From: Malacoraja senta
Lineage: Eukaryota
Length of the DNA: 60,000 nucleotides
Direction of reading: 5' to 3'
Assembly: GCA_038087875.1 (NCBI GenBank)
Contig: CM075987.1
Span: 22,012,001 to 22,072,000 of the forward strand
Positions 24,921 to 37,939 of this stretch are shown here, in pieces. The position numbers were made by a program, and so were the translations under genes. The notes under the pieces are model-generated. The model made no database searches, was not told where the DNA came from, and worked only from the letters and a program-made list of their open reading frames with translations. How positions within the stretch are numbered: position 1 is the stretch's first letter; every line of letters begins with the position of its first letter.

Positions 24921-25547
24921 CTCAGTTTTCAAACTTCCAAGTTTTTTCCAGTACTTTTCTTTTGTGAGTGTTCCAGTCACCTTATGTGTGAAGAAGTGCT
25001 ATCTGACAACGCTCTTGAAAGGTCTACTAACTTTAACTGGTGGGTCAGGCGCTCTAACCTCTTGATCTTATGAAGGTGGAGGTGCACTCACATGTATGTT
25101 ATTTTGGCTGAGAAGAGTGGATGTTTTCATATTTTTGGTGTCTTTGACCCTATTGACAGTGGAGAATGTAGGTTTGGGAAATAGACTCTTAGGGTGGTGG
25201 AAAGGCTGCAGATCAAATGGACTGCTGTAGCCTGGAGCTCTGGACCACACTGCGATTCATGAGTTCTGCTGTAACTGCACTTGGGAATGATTTTATTTTC
25301 ATTCATTTTATATTTAAAAAATTGCATGTTAAAATCTAAGATTGCTTAAAGGTTTAGTAAGTTCTACAGTTTACCTCAATGGTACTTTATTGTCACAGGT
25401 ACCGAGGTACAGTGACATTCTTTTTTGCATACTGTTCAGTAAAAGTATTACTATATATGTACAATCTTACATTAAGTACAAGTGTATAAGAACAGTACGT
25501 GAGACAATATATCTGAGATCTGTATCACCTTCTCTCACTCCCTCAAG

Positions 25548-25634
25548 GCTTATGCGGACTACGTTGGGTTTATTGTGGCACTGAATGAAAGCGTGAAAGC
25601 GAAAAAGCTCACATGTGACTATAAAACTTCCAAG
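25548..25634 (+). CDS. PTPA: PTPA coding exon 3 (AYADYVGFIVALNESVKAKKLTCDYKTSK)
   Basis: Matches human AYADYIGFILTLNEGVKGKKLT; aag/gtagga boundaries; 87 nt. Confidence 0.95.
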
Positions 25635-26509
25635 GTAGGAACGATAAGTTGTGAGCTTGATTTTTTGTGAAGCCGTCTACTCTATTAATGTTATAAAATA
25701 CACATGTTTTACACTGGGGTAAAATGAAGGGACATTTTTTACCACCTGCCCAAAAAAGATATCGGGTTAAGTGACCAAAAAAAATTGATAATGGGGTAGG
25801 TTAGTGGTAATGAAAGGAGAGAGAAATGAAAAGATCTAGGTACGTAATTCTAAAGCTTAAGTCTGCAGAGTTGAAGCTCCAGGCTTGTCTTAAGAACTCT
25901 TCACATTTCATTTAAAAGTTTCTTTTGATCAAGCAGGAGCTGTGAATATAAGGGGTTTAACAGGCTTTTCATCTTCTGATCTTTCATCACGCAGAAGAAA
26001 TTTACAAAGGATTGCATAGGCCCCAGTTCCTCCTCAGCTGTTGATGATATGTCAATATGCTGTTGTAGTTGAGTTACTACATTAGAACCATTGATGTGAT
26101 AATGTAAGTTCAACGTTCCCCATGGTAGTTGAGACATTTAAATTCAAGTAAGTAAATAAAAAGCGTATCAATAATAGTGATCATGAAGCGACTGGATTGT
26201 TATAATTCTGTCCAGTATGGCCTGTGGCGGCAGCACATACACTCCTAACTGCCTCCTCTGTTCGAGATAATTGGGGAGGAACAATAAATGTCCATTGTGC
26301 AAACATTGTCCACGTTATGAATGAATAACGTGGAAGTGCTTTTCCCTCTCCTTGCATCTTACCACAGTGCTGCTGAATTTAGACATCGCAACTTATGCAA
26401 TGGCAGATGCGAGGCAGAATTGCAACTGTTAATGTTATGTTGCATAATCTAAGGGGAAAAAAAGGAGTTCCCTAATGGCTTGATGTTAATTCAAATGACA
26501 TAAGAGAGG

Positions 26510-27020
26510 AAAGAAACTTGCATTTATCTATCATCTTTGACATCTAGATATAGCTTACGATTAATTAAGTTCTTCCGAAGTGTCATTGTAATATTATAAG
26601 ATTCTATCAGTTTGCATAAAGAGGGCTCCTCTTAATAAAGTATGTCTGAAGTGTGATCACTGTTGTAATAAAGGGAAAACATCTACCACTTTGTGCACAG
26701 ATTGCTTCCGTCAATTGAATACTTATCTGTAGTCACTGTTATTATGTAGGAAAAGCCTCTGCTAATTTGCACAGAGGAAACTATCACAAACAGACAAATA
26801 ATCTGACTCGGTGGTATTGAGGGAAAAATATTGATAAGGGCACTGGAGAAAATGCAGTATTTTACATCCTTCTGAGAATGCAGACTGAGTGTGTGTTTAT
26901 AATTTCATTAAACAAACACCTCCCACACTGTCAGGCTGCATGATGTGTTTAATCTCAGTAATGGGCCATAATATCCCATAACCTTCATGATGGAGATGGG
27001 GTACTTAACCCCTAGACACC
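26510..27020 (-). mobile_element. DeuSINE (SacSINE1/AmnSINE1-like) remnant
   Basis: gtagtcactgttattatgtaggaaa...gctaatttgcacag...cacaaacag resembles the Deu-domain core as I recall it. Other remnants lie at about 5330-5500, 17680-17820, 27505-27660 and 35690-35960. Confidence 0.6.
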
Positions 27021-27729
27021 ACTCTAGTCTAGTTGGGTGGCTGATTTCACCCTTCCCATTGCCTTTCCAGTGATTGAAAGCAGACTACCACTCAGAGACT
27101 CCAATGGCATGGGCAGTCCAATCCACGCTTCCAAAATTATCCAGAGTAAGACAACCGACTTCAGAGAGCCTTTTCACATGAGAGCAGATGTAAAGGTGCG
27201 TAGCACTGAGCAATTGCCTCGCCATTTGTGTGTGTCTATGTGCACGTTTAGCTATGCCGTTGTATATAATGACTGGAAGTGACTGATTTGAATCTGCCAA
27301 ATATGCAAGAATTACATTTAGACACGAGGAACTGCAGATGCTGGAATCTTGAGCAAAAAACACAAAATGCTGAAGGAACTCAGCGGATCGGGCAACTTTG
27401 GAGTAAATGGATAGATGACGTTTCAGGTTGGGACCCTTTTTCAGGATTACATGGTGTTCTGAAAAATGTTTTATCTCTGAACCAATATCACCTAAAATAT
27501 ATAATCTGGTCATTATCAAATAGATAGTTTGGGGATCCTATTGTGCATAAATTATCTGTTATGTTTTCTCCATTACAACTGTGCTTACACTTCCCAGAGG
27601 ACATCATTGACTATAAAGTAGCATAGGGCATAGTGAATGCCACAGTATAAATGCAAGGTCCCTCGTTCTCTGTTCAGATAGTGTGCAGGAGTGGTTACTG
27701 AGACCACATGCTTTTTTTTATATCTGCAG

Positions 27730-27855
27730 CCAGTAGAGAAACTAACTGTGCTCCTAAACACCCTGGACCGGTGGATCGATGAGACCCCTCCAGTCGATCA
27801 ACCTTCCCGATTTGGTAATAAGGCGTACCGCACGTGGTACAGCAAGCTCGAGAAG
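27730..27855 (+). CDS. PTPA: PTPA coding exon 4 (PVEKLTVLLNTLDRWIDETPPVDQPSRFGNKAYRTWYSKLEK)
   Basis: Near-identical to the vertebrate PTPA motif DETPPVDQPSRFGNKAYRTW; cag/gtatgg boundaries; 126 nt. Confidence 0.97.
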
Positions 27856-28869
27856 GTATGGACTTATTCAAAGAGTGAATTACTGACATGAATTTTTTTT
27901 AAAGTTACATCACTAAAGCTTTTTTTCAAGTGAACTTTCAGCAATGCTAATTTAAAAAATATATCGTTTTAAATTTTGAGGTAGCAGTTGGAGGAGGAAT
28001 AAATACATTTGCCTGTGGTTTAAATGTGGGAAAATAAATTTCTGGTTGGTCTCAAGAACTTCTTTACAAAATCATTTAATGTTTTAATTTCACATTTGAC
28101 ATAAACAGAAACCAGAAAAGGTAAAAATAAATCATCTGATGTTGGTCTGAAGGAGGATCCTGAGCCAAAATATAGTCTGTCCATTTCCTCCACGGGTGCT
28201 GCCTGACCCACTGAATTCTTCCAGGAGATTGCCTTTCACACATGCAAAATTGTTGGGTGTTGGGATAGGCAAGAACTACAGTATGTTAGTTGGTTATTTA
28301 CGATAAGAACTGAGATGACTGTTTCTTCAGTGATCATATGTTTCTCATAATTTATGTCCATCCCGTTGCATAATGATATCAATCAGGTTCCCCAACCTTT
28401 CCCTGCTTTGGCTTCTCGGCAAAGATGATGTATCTATCCTGGAAGAACTGTGGAAGGAAATGGACTGATGACATTTTGGGTCTGAACCCTTCTGCAGTCT
28501 GAAGAATGGTCCTGGCCTGCTGAGTTTTTTCTAGCACTTTGTTTTTTGTTCAGGATTCCAGCATCTACAGTCCCTTGTGCCTCCATGTATATATGTTGCT
28601 CTATTTGGATTTGGCTCCTGTTTCATGCTGGGAATCTATGTCTTTTCCACTCTGGCTCTATAGGAAAAATATCAGTGCCTAGTTTTTCAGCCATGTAGAG
28701 AGAGGATATTGTGCAAGTCAAATAGGTCAGTTGATGTCTGGGCTATCTTATGAAAATTGGAGACATTGATGTGGTGCAGAAGGATAGATCTTATCATGAG
28801 GAAGAGAACATAATATAAAGGGTTGTTAGAAATGGATCCAGAACATTTGGCTATTGCACCCTGTCCCAT

Positions 28870-29980
28870 GGCTGCATCTGAGAGAGGGAGATGGATCACG
28901 AGAGTTCAAGAGAGACGCAAACTCAGATGAGATGGGGCTATCCTGTGGTGTACACGAACTGGCGACGATACAGAAGTGGCTTCATGGAAGGAGGCGGAGG
29001 GTGGTGGTGGAAGGATGTTTTTTCAGACTGGACGTCTATGACGAGTGATGTGCCTCAGGGAACAGTGGTGGCCCATTGCTATCTGTGGTTTTGTCAACGA
29101 ATTGGATGAGAATTTAGATGTTATGATTAGTAAGTTTGCAGATGACACTAAAATGGAAATTGACAGGTTCTTGATTAGTAAGGGTGCCAAAGGTTATGGG
29201 AAGAAGGCAGGAGAATGGGGTTGAGAGGGAAAGATAGATCAGCCATGATTCAATAGCAGAGTAGATTCGATGGGCTGAATGGCATAATTCTGCTTCTATG
29301 ACATGAACATAAAGTGGGTGGTATCATAGATAGTGAAGAGGGTTATTAAAAGGCTCATTACAGCAAGCTCTAGAGCAATTGGGCAAGTGGGCTGAGGACT
29401 GGCAAGGAGCAGACACATCGATAGGGCGGTCAAGAAGGCATTTGGCTGTCATCAGTCAGGGCATTGAGTTTAGAAGTTGGGACATTATGTTACAGTTGTA
29501 CAAGACCACTGCCGAGGCCTAACGAGTACTATGTTTGGTTTTGGTCACCCTGCTATAGGAAGGATGTCATTAAAATGGAAAGAGTGCAGAGAAGATTTAC
29601 GAGGATGTTGCCAAGACATAAGGGCCTGTGCTAAAGGGAGAGGTTGGGCAGGTTAGGACTTTAATCCTTGGCGCTCAGGAGGCTGAGGGGTGACCTTATG
29701 GAGGTGTGATCTTATAGAGATGTAGAATATCATGAGGGGAATTGATAAGGTGAATGCGAAAAGTTTAAAAAAAAATCCAGGGTAGGGGAATCAAAAACAA
29801 GAGGACATATGTTTAAGGTGAGAGGGACAACATTTAAAAGACACTTGGACATGTACATGGATAGGAATTGTATGGAGGGATATGGGCCGAATGCAAGAAA
29901 ATGAGTAGATTAGGTGGGCACCTTGGTCAGCAGGGATAAGTCGGGCTGAAGGACCTGTCTTCATGCTGTATGACTCTATA
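28870..29980 (+). mobile_element. Degenerate CR1 LINE (RT to tail) with a nested tail fragment
   Basis: SDVPQGTV, aagtttgcagatgacac (KFADDT), 3' tail ctgtatgactcta. Confidence 0.85.
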
Positions 29981-30091
29981 AGGCAGTGTTACTTGGTGTC
30001 CCTTGGTGTTCCAGGAAAGGGAGGTTTGGTTAAGTGCCATTCATGAGTTCCCAGCACTTGCACTAATTAATAATTTACTTTATTGCTGTAG

Positions 30092-30209
30092 GAAGCTGAA
30101 AACCTGCTGTCTGCTGTAATTCCCAAAGAGCTGAGAGCTGCTGTCCCCGAGGTTGCTGTGTATTTAAAGGAATCTGTGGGTAATCCGACGAGAATAGACT
30201 ATGGAACAG
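30092..30209 (+). CDS. PTPA: PTPA coding exon 5 (EAENLLSAVIPKELRAAVPEVAVYLKESVGNPTRIDYGT)
   Basis: Carries the YLKESVGNxTRIDYGTG motif; tag/gtacca boundaries; 118 nt. Confidence 0.97.
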
Positions 30210-31539
30210 GTACCAATATTTACAAATATACCAGCCTCTCATCTGGGTGGCTCAGTACCCCATTCTGCATACTTTTACCCCTGCAAGTTTATCATCGTAT
30301 TTTTGGTTTGTTGTTCCACTCCAGAGAGGGAAGCAAATATTGTGACACTCCTGTGCCAACAACACTCAGGACTGTCGAAGAGTTACTAAATTTTGGATAA
30401 ATTGTTAAACTGCGCCCCTGCCTGCCCTCAGGTGAATGTAAACGATCCAGTGCCCAATTAAAAAAAAGAAGTTACGTTCTTGGAATAAGCTATTTTTACT
30501 TCACCATTATTTAAAAAAATGCTAGGTCATGTTAGAGAGCAGAGGGGTCAACCACTTTGCTGTATAACTGGAGTCACAACTTTTGAAAGTTCATGAGTGA
30601 AACACATGTCTTTTTTACAACAGTCTGATAAGTCTATTAGCTCTTCATTCACAGTTATTTACTTCACTGTTGAAATTCTCAGTTAGTAAAGTGAGGGGTT
30701 GTATTCATGTCCCTGATTAATGACTCCAGGATTATAAGAGTCTATTTATACTTGCCAAAAACAAAACACTATTGCAACAGATTATCTGGTCATTTTCACC
30801 TTTGTTCTTTGGTGAAACTAGCTGATGATTAATGCATTTAACATTAAGTCAACGAGGTACTTCAATTAGCAAATGAGCCACTAGATAAATTAACAAAAAT
30901 ACCGTGATTAGTTTTGGAACTCCTGAAAACATTCCACGATTGCAGGACTTAATATTTTGCCCAGCCACGGTTTGTGTTGCTCCAAGATTGACCACTAGAT
31001 GGGAGTGTTTGTTAAGCAATTAGATTGCTACACTTTCACACATTGGCATCTGGACATTAAATCCACGTTGTGGTGTTTCAAAAACACTCATTTGCATTGC
31101 CACTAATAAACATTACATGCAACCAACCTCAAAATGATTTTTTTAAATGTTGCATTCTCGATTCCTGCCCTACAGACACTTATAATGTTTCCTGTGTTTA
31201 ATTTCATTCCCTGGTGGAAAGTGTAAACAGTCAATAGTGTATGTTCATAACTTCATGCCTCTGCGAAGAGGGGCAAGGGATTTGGGATAATTAATTTGGG
31301 ATAATTAATACTCCAGTTCTGCTTTCATTCTTTCATATTGGTCGAGATTTCCCCCTTTCATAGAATAAGGTGTTAAACAACATGTATTATCTTGCACAGT
31401 AACAGACTGCAGATGTAATTGCTCAATAGGTTATCTCTACTGCATTAATTCTAAGGAGATCTGATTTTCTCAAACTGGAACATTTTCAGTTTTGCTTTTA
31501 GGAAGTATAAATTGACTCTTATAATCCTGGAGTTTTTAC

Positions 31540-33610
31540 AGATTATATAAAGAGTAAAAGAGAAACAAGATGTGAACATTTGACCATTGGAAAATGCCAC
31601 TTGGGAAGTAGTAATGGGGAACAAAGAAATGGCGGATGAACTGAATACGTTTTTTGCGTCAGTCTTCACAGTGGAAGATGCCAGCAATGTGTCCGAAATT
31701 GAAGAGAGTCAGGGGGCAGAAGTAAATGCAGTCGCTATTACTGATGAGAATGTGTTTAGGAAGCTGAGAGGTCTGAAGATGGTTAAGTCACTTGGATCAG
31801 ATGGATAACACCCCAGAGTTCTGAAAGTGTTGGCGGTTGAGATTGTGGAGGCACTGATAGTGATCTTTCAAGAATCACTGGAGTCAGGAATGGTTCCAGA
31901 GATCTGTAATCGCAAATATAACTCCATTGTTAGCCCAGTTAGTCTGACTTCTGTGGTTGGTAAAATTTTAGAGTCCATTATTAAGGATGAGCTTTTGGGG
32001 AACTTGGGAGCACATGACAGAAGTCAGCATGGTTTTGTTACGGGGAGATCTTTCCTGACAAATCTGTTGATGTTTTTAGAGGAGGCAACAAGTAGGATAG
32101 ACAAAGGAGAGTCAGTGGATGTTGTTCACTTGGATTGTAGGAAGTCCTTTGATAAGGTGCCACACATGTGGCTGCTAAAGAAGATAGGAGCCCATGGTAT
32201 TAGAGTCAAGTTACTGGTCTGGATGGAGGATTGGCTGACTGGCAGATGCAAAGAGTGGGAATAAAGGGGGATTGTTCTGGTGCTAGTGACTAGGAGAGGA
32301 CAAAGATTTAAAGTGAGGGGGAAAGATTTAATAGGAACTTGAGGGGCAACATTTTTACACAAAGGGTGGTAGGTATTTGAAATGAGCTTCCAGAGGAGGT
32401 AGTTGAGGCAGGTACTGACACAACATTTTGACAAGCACATGGATAAGATACGTTTAGAAGGGTATGAGCCAAACACCGGCAGGTGGGGCTAGTGTAGATG
32501 GGTTTGTTGGTCGGCATGGGCAACTTGGGCTGAAAGGCATGTTCCGCCTTGTATGACTAGTGGTGTTTTGCAGGGGTCGGTGTTGGGTCTGCTACATTTC
32601 ACGTTATATGTTAATGATCTGGATGAGGGAATTGATGGCTTTGTGGCCAAGTTTGGGGATTAAATGAAGATAGGTTGAGGAGGCAGGTGGTGTTGTGGAA
32701 GCAGGGAGGCTGCAGGAGGACTATGTAGGAAAGTGTACTTCATGCATTTTGATAGAAGGTATAAAGGCATAGACTACATTCTAAATGGAAAGAGGATTCA
32801 GAAAGCGGCAGTGCAAAGGACCTTGGGAGTGCTGGTACAGGATTCCCAAAAGGTTCATTTGCAGATTGAGTCGGCAGTAAGGAAGGCAAATGCAATGCTA
32901 GCTTTCATAATGGGGTTAGGAGGGAGAGATAGATCAACCATGATTGAATGGCGGAGTAGACTTGTTGGGCCGAATGGCCTGATTCTGCTCCTATCACGTG
33001 ATCTTATGATTTTGAGGGTACAAGGATGTATAACCAAGGATGTAATGCAGAGACTTCACAGGCACTGGTGAGGCCACTTTTGGAATATTGTGAGTTTTGT
33101 GCCCCATATCTGCGGAAGGATGTGGTGGTTTTGGAGAGGATCCAGTGGAGGTTTACAAGAATGATCCCTGGTACAATTGGGTTAACGTATGAGGAGTGCT
33201 TGACGGCTCTAGGCCTGTACTCGCTGGAGTTTAGAAGGATGTGGGGGATCTCATTGAAACCTACCGTGTAATGGAAAGCCGAGATAGAGTGGATTTGAAA
33301 ACAATGTTTCCAGTAAAGGGAGAATCTAGAACCAGAGAGCACAGCCTCGGAATAAAAGGACGTACCTTCAAACTGGAGATGAGAAGGAATTTCTTTAGCC
33401 AGAGGGTGCCACAGATGGCTGTGGAGGCCAAGTCAATGGGTATTTTTACATCAAAGATGGATAGATTCTTGATTAGTTAGGGTGCCAAAGGTTATGGGGA
33501 GAAGGCACAAAATGGGATTGAGAGGGGAAAAATAGATCAGCCACGATTGAATGGCACAGCAGACTCAATGGGCTGGATGGCCTAATTCTGCTCCTATATC
33601 TTATGGCTTA
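31540..33610 (+). mobile_element. Degenerate CR1 LINE ORF2 with nested CR1 3' pieces
   Basis: GNKEMADELNTFFASVFT, PVSLTSVVGKILESII, LVRPLLEYC, 3' tail. Confidence 0.92.
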
Positions 33611-34393
33611 TTATTCAAGGACATGAATTCAAAACCTGACTTTGCTAACTAATAATTTCAATTCAGTTACTTAAATAATCTGAAATAAAGAGCTAATATC
33701 GTTGATGCTAACCTATTAAACTGTTGTACTAGTGAATGTTTCACTAATAAATGTTAGGAAGCAACCTGCAGTTGTGACTTGTTGTAGAGATGAGTGGTTG
33801 ACTTCTCTGCTCTCTAAAGTGATTTAGCAAACCATTTACTCTGGATCCATTCGGGATGAGCAAAGAATGCTGATGTGATACTGATGTCTTGTGAAATGTT
33901 AATACAAACCTGCTTTAAAAAGGAAGCACAGGAGGATGCTCACCCGGTGCGGACCCGAGGCCAGAAAGATCCCAGACTTGCTTCCAGTTAGTTTGGAAGA
34001 GGAGGAAATTCAGCCAGAATTTCTGGTTGTGTTTGCCTTGTGAAAAATGCTTATTGGGATTGGGGTCAAGTTCAAGTTGATAGAGGAACGCGACTGTTAC
34101 AGTAAGATCAAACTGCCATCACTCAGTCGCCTGTGCCCACACATTGAAGAATGATCATTGATAACGAGGTGCCAGAGGATGACTGGTTTGGCAAACCCTA
34201 TTCCAGAGCTGCCAAGTAGTACGGATTTTCCGTATTTTGTACGGAAATGCGATTAGAATACGGATGCACGATTTTGTGTTATTAAATACGGATTTAAAAT
34301 ACCGAGTTCAGTTCAGTCTGAAGAAGGGTCTCGACCAGAAACGTCACCTATTCCTTCTCTCCAGAGTCGCTGCCTGTCCCGCTCCAGGTTTAA

Positions 34394-34536
34394 ATAGAGT
34401 GCTGTCAGTTTAACGTGTGGGAATTTAAACAAAGCGCTGTGGGTTCTAAATATAGCGCTACCGGCTGGAGCGCTATGGGCTTTAAACATAGCGCTATGGG
34501 CTTTACACATAGTGCTATGGCCACAGCGCTATGGGT
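34394..34536 (+). repeat. Minisatellite of about 21 bp (agcgctatgggctttaaacat-like), roughly 6-7 degenerate units
   Basis: Repeated AGCGCTATGGG / AGTGCT cores. Confidence 0.8.
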
Positions 34537-34727
34537 CACAGACTATTCAGGAACATTCTCGTATAACAATGAGTCTTTGGAATTCTCTTTCTCAGTGGAA
34601 GTTGAGCCATTGATTATTTTTCAAGCAGTGGTGGAATTCTGGATAAGCCTAGTGGTGAAAGGTTACCAGTGCGATTGCAGTTACATTGCGATTGGCCTTG
34701 ATTTTACAGAACGGTGGGTGGGCTCAA

Positions 34728-34948
34728 GGGGGAGAGAGGGAGGGGTTGAGAGAGGGTCGGGTGGAGAGAGGGAGAGGATGGAGAGGAGAGGGAGAGAGGG
34801 AATAAGAAAGGGAGGGAGAATAAAAGGAAGGAGGAGAGAGAGAGGAAGGGTGTGAGGGAAAGGGGGAGGGGGAGAGAGAGAGGGAGGTCAAGGGGGATGG
34901 AGGGAGGGAGAGAGAGGAAGGAGAGGGAGCGAGGGAGGAAGAGGGAGG
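34728..34948 (+). repeat. GA-rich low-complexity polypurine tract
   Basis: About 220 bp of almost exclusively G and A. Confidence 0.95.
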
Positions 34949-35577
34949 CTTCCAAAATGGCTCCTACATCATCATCTGGTGCTAAAAGCAGGAAGCAGCC
35001 ATTCAAACAGCAGTATACAAAGAGATGGCAATGAATGCACTGTCAAGTATGGTGTGTAGAAGACATGTCAATTGGTAGCAAAGTTACGCATTCTTGTACT
35101 CTTACATTGGTATGACCGCACATTAAAAAAACATTTTTTTCAGCAAAATGGCACCGCGTAAAAATACTGATTTCCTCAGCAAAATACTGATTTTCAGGTA
35201 CTAAAATACTGAAATGCTCTGACAAAACTTGGCAGCTCTGCTATTCTGTCAACACTTGCAATAAAAGAGGGCAGCAATTCTCCCATATGCTCATTTCAGC
35301 ACTGAATGCCGTTACTCTAGATGTTGTTTGCAGCTTGGAAGCAGTTACTAGTCTTTGGTACTTCTTGAGTAATGCTAATGAATTAGAAACACGAGGAACT
35401 GCAGATGATGGAATCTTGAGTGGAGAACAGAGTTCTGGAAAAACTCAGTAGGTCAGGCAGCATCTCTGGGGACATGGAAATGGGACATGGAAAGATGATG
35501 TTCCTTCTTCAGACGAGTTACTGTTGTAACGTAAGAAACATTGACACAATTATGCGGACATAAGTGATGATTTGAGA

Positions 35578-35692
35578 GCGGCACAGTGGTGCAACGGTAG
35601 AGTTGCTGCCTTACAGCGCCAGAGACCCAGGTTCGATGCTGTCTCGGTGGGCCGATGTGCCTGTTTCCGCTCTGTTTCTCAAAAGTCCAAAG
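35578..35692 (+). mobile_element. Internally deleted V-SINE (head joined to tail)
   Basis: gcggcacagtggtgcaacggtagag...ggttcgatg runs straight into ctcggtgggccga...cctgtttcc. Confidence 0.7.
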
Positions 35693-37746
35693 TGATAATG
35701 GTCAGATAATCTGTTTTAGTGTTGTTTGCTGCTGGATATAAATCAATAAAGGCACCAGGGAGAACTTGTCTGCTCATTTTCTGTTACTATTCAGCAAGAT
35801 CATTTTATGTCCACCTGAAATGGCTGGTGGCTTCTTGGATTAATGTTGCCATCTCTACCAGTATAGCAGTTTCCCATTTGTACTAACAGTTTGGGTTGCG
35901 AGTTCAAACCTCTGGTGGGCTTCAAATCCGCAACTTTAAAGATGAAAGTTCTACACCAACTCAACCATGACAGTGTGTAGCACATGTACAATGATCAGCG
36001 TGGAACATGACTGTGGTTGGGGAGATGAAGACGAAGACTGAGTAATAATTTCAAAGAGATTTGCTGCTAGGATGGATTTTCTGAATGGATTAGCTAATAT
36101 GGGTCGAATGCCCTCTTTTGCAGTCAGGCTTTCATTTTAAACAATACTTTGTTGGATAGGAGTTCCCAGAGCCTGTTATATGATGATGAGCTGCTTGTCA
36201 TTAGAGATTTGAAAAGATACAGTTCTAAGTTGGTGTGCTAATATCATTAGGAAAGCACCCTGAATGAGACACTGAGTCCATGGAGCGAGGTAGCTGGATA
36301 CAGGTGGACACTACACGAGCAGGAAATACTGTTAGAATTGGAGACTATCTTATTTCAGAATTCTTCTCTGGAAGTTGGGCATCAGCAGCATTTTTTGCTT
36401 CTCTCTCCCCTGAGAAGGCGTTGTCTTGAGAAGGCAGCAGCTTATATGTGGTGAAGGTAGCAGAGATTCCAGGTGTTTTCAAAGTTTTGGCTCCTCACAG
36501 AATCTCAAGGCACAGAAGATAATTTGTTCATCTAGCCTGGGTTTTTTTTAGGAAGGTCACTCTGTCCTTCACTGTCATGAAATTACTTATTTTCAGATAT
36601 TTATCAAATCCCTTCTGAAAGTTCCTATTGTATCTGCTTCATGAGGTTTCCAGATAGTTCATTATAATTTATGAAAACAAATTCTTCTCATCTGGTTGAC
36701 AATCCTTGTTTCTGGTTACGTCTTTCCACTAGTGGAACATTTCTCCCTATTCTATTAAAAGTCTCGCATTACTGTTAACCCACAGAATAAATCTTAAAAT
36801 GTCTCTGTTTCATGGGGGAAATTCTCATCTTCCCTGGTGTGTGTTTTTTCCCCCCAATTTCAACTAATAGTGATTACTCCGTTTGATTTCTTGAAAAGTA
36901 ACTTAAAATGCAAGCTGGAGCTCAATCAATTCAAAGAATTAGTTTGTGGCATTAACTGACACAATGACTGTTGCTGAACCACTATCACAATGTAACTCAC
37001 TGAGTGCTCCAGTTACTGGTGCCATCCACTCTATCTGGGTAAGCAGGGAGCAAAGGTTCAGCGGGGACAGCGGCTTCATGGTATTCTTGACCTTTCTCTA
37101 ACCAGCGGGCACCACAATGACAGAATCCTCTTACTGATTCAGGTATTATAAAATATGCTTTGGTTTTTGTTTCTTTGTTAAAATCTCTTTCAGATGTATT
37201 CCTTTTAAAAAAAAAAACCAAGTAAGAGTGTGTCTGTATTTATTTGCTTTTCTGCTTTATGGATGTTGACCAGTATTATACTTACGGATGTGTCTGCCAG
37301 AAGGTTAATCCAAAATATTAAAACTTTCCCGCTAACATTGTCTGCTGTCTGACATTGGGGACTTGCCTATGTTATAAGTAGTGTCTGGGCTTTACACTGC
37401 TGCAAACGAGAGGAATGAGACCCTCAGATTTTGCTTTCAATGATTGGGTGACATCTCCTTTTGAAGTGCCAGCTTCCTGCAATCATGCTACAAAAAAATT
37501 TCAGACAGTAACTCCTATAAATTTCCCTTTCAGGTCATTGGATATTTCAAAAAAATTGAGTTACTTTGTTGCACTGGCTGGGAGGGCCATAATGAGGTTG
37601 GGTTTCAGTGTACATTGTGACAGGGAGTGAGGTTTGGATATGAACAAGATTAGTTTCAATCCATAATGGTGTGAATAGCTTGACTTTAACGTCCTTTATC
37701 ATTATATCATGGTCTTTGATTTGTTCTGTCTCTCGCTCTGACACAG

Positions 37747-37846
37747 GTCACGAGGCTGCATTTGCTGCGTTCCTCTGCTGCCTCTGTAAAATTGGAGTTC
37801 TGAAAGTGGATGATCAGCATGCCATTGTATTTTGTATATTTGATCG
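37747..37846 (+). CDS. PTPA: PTPA coding exon 6 (GHEAAFAAFLCCLCKIGVLKVDDQHAIVFCIFDR)
   Basis: HEAAFAAFLCCLCKIGVL as in human; cag/gtgagt boundaries; 100 nt. Confidence 0.97.
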
Positions 37847-37939
37847 GTGAGTCCAATTGTGCCAATAAATTGTCCTTGGAAAATGAATGCTGAAACGTTT
37901 AAACCTTCAATAAATCTGATTTATACATTACAAGTAGAG

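Larger units (their letters stand above)
34204..35240. mobile_element. Non-autonomous DNA transposon (hAT-like) with 14-bp TIRs and composite interior
   Basis: CAGAGCTGCCAAGT ... ACTTGGCAGCTCTG, flanked on both sides by CTATTC; subterminal TACGGA and AATACTGA repeats. Confidence 0.85.

Noticed and set aside
34394..34536. CRISPR-like repeat array
   Set aside because: Tandem minisatellite without unique spacers, in vertebrate DNA with no cas genes.
34415..35034. Long R/G/E-rich and L/S/P-rich ORFs
   Set aside because: Artefacts of the GA-rich tract and minisatellite, which lack stop codons.
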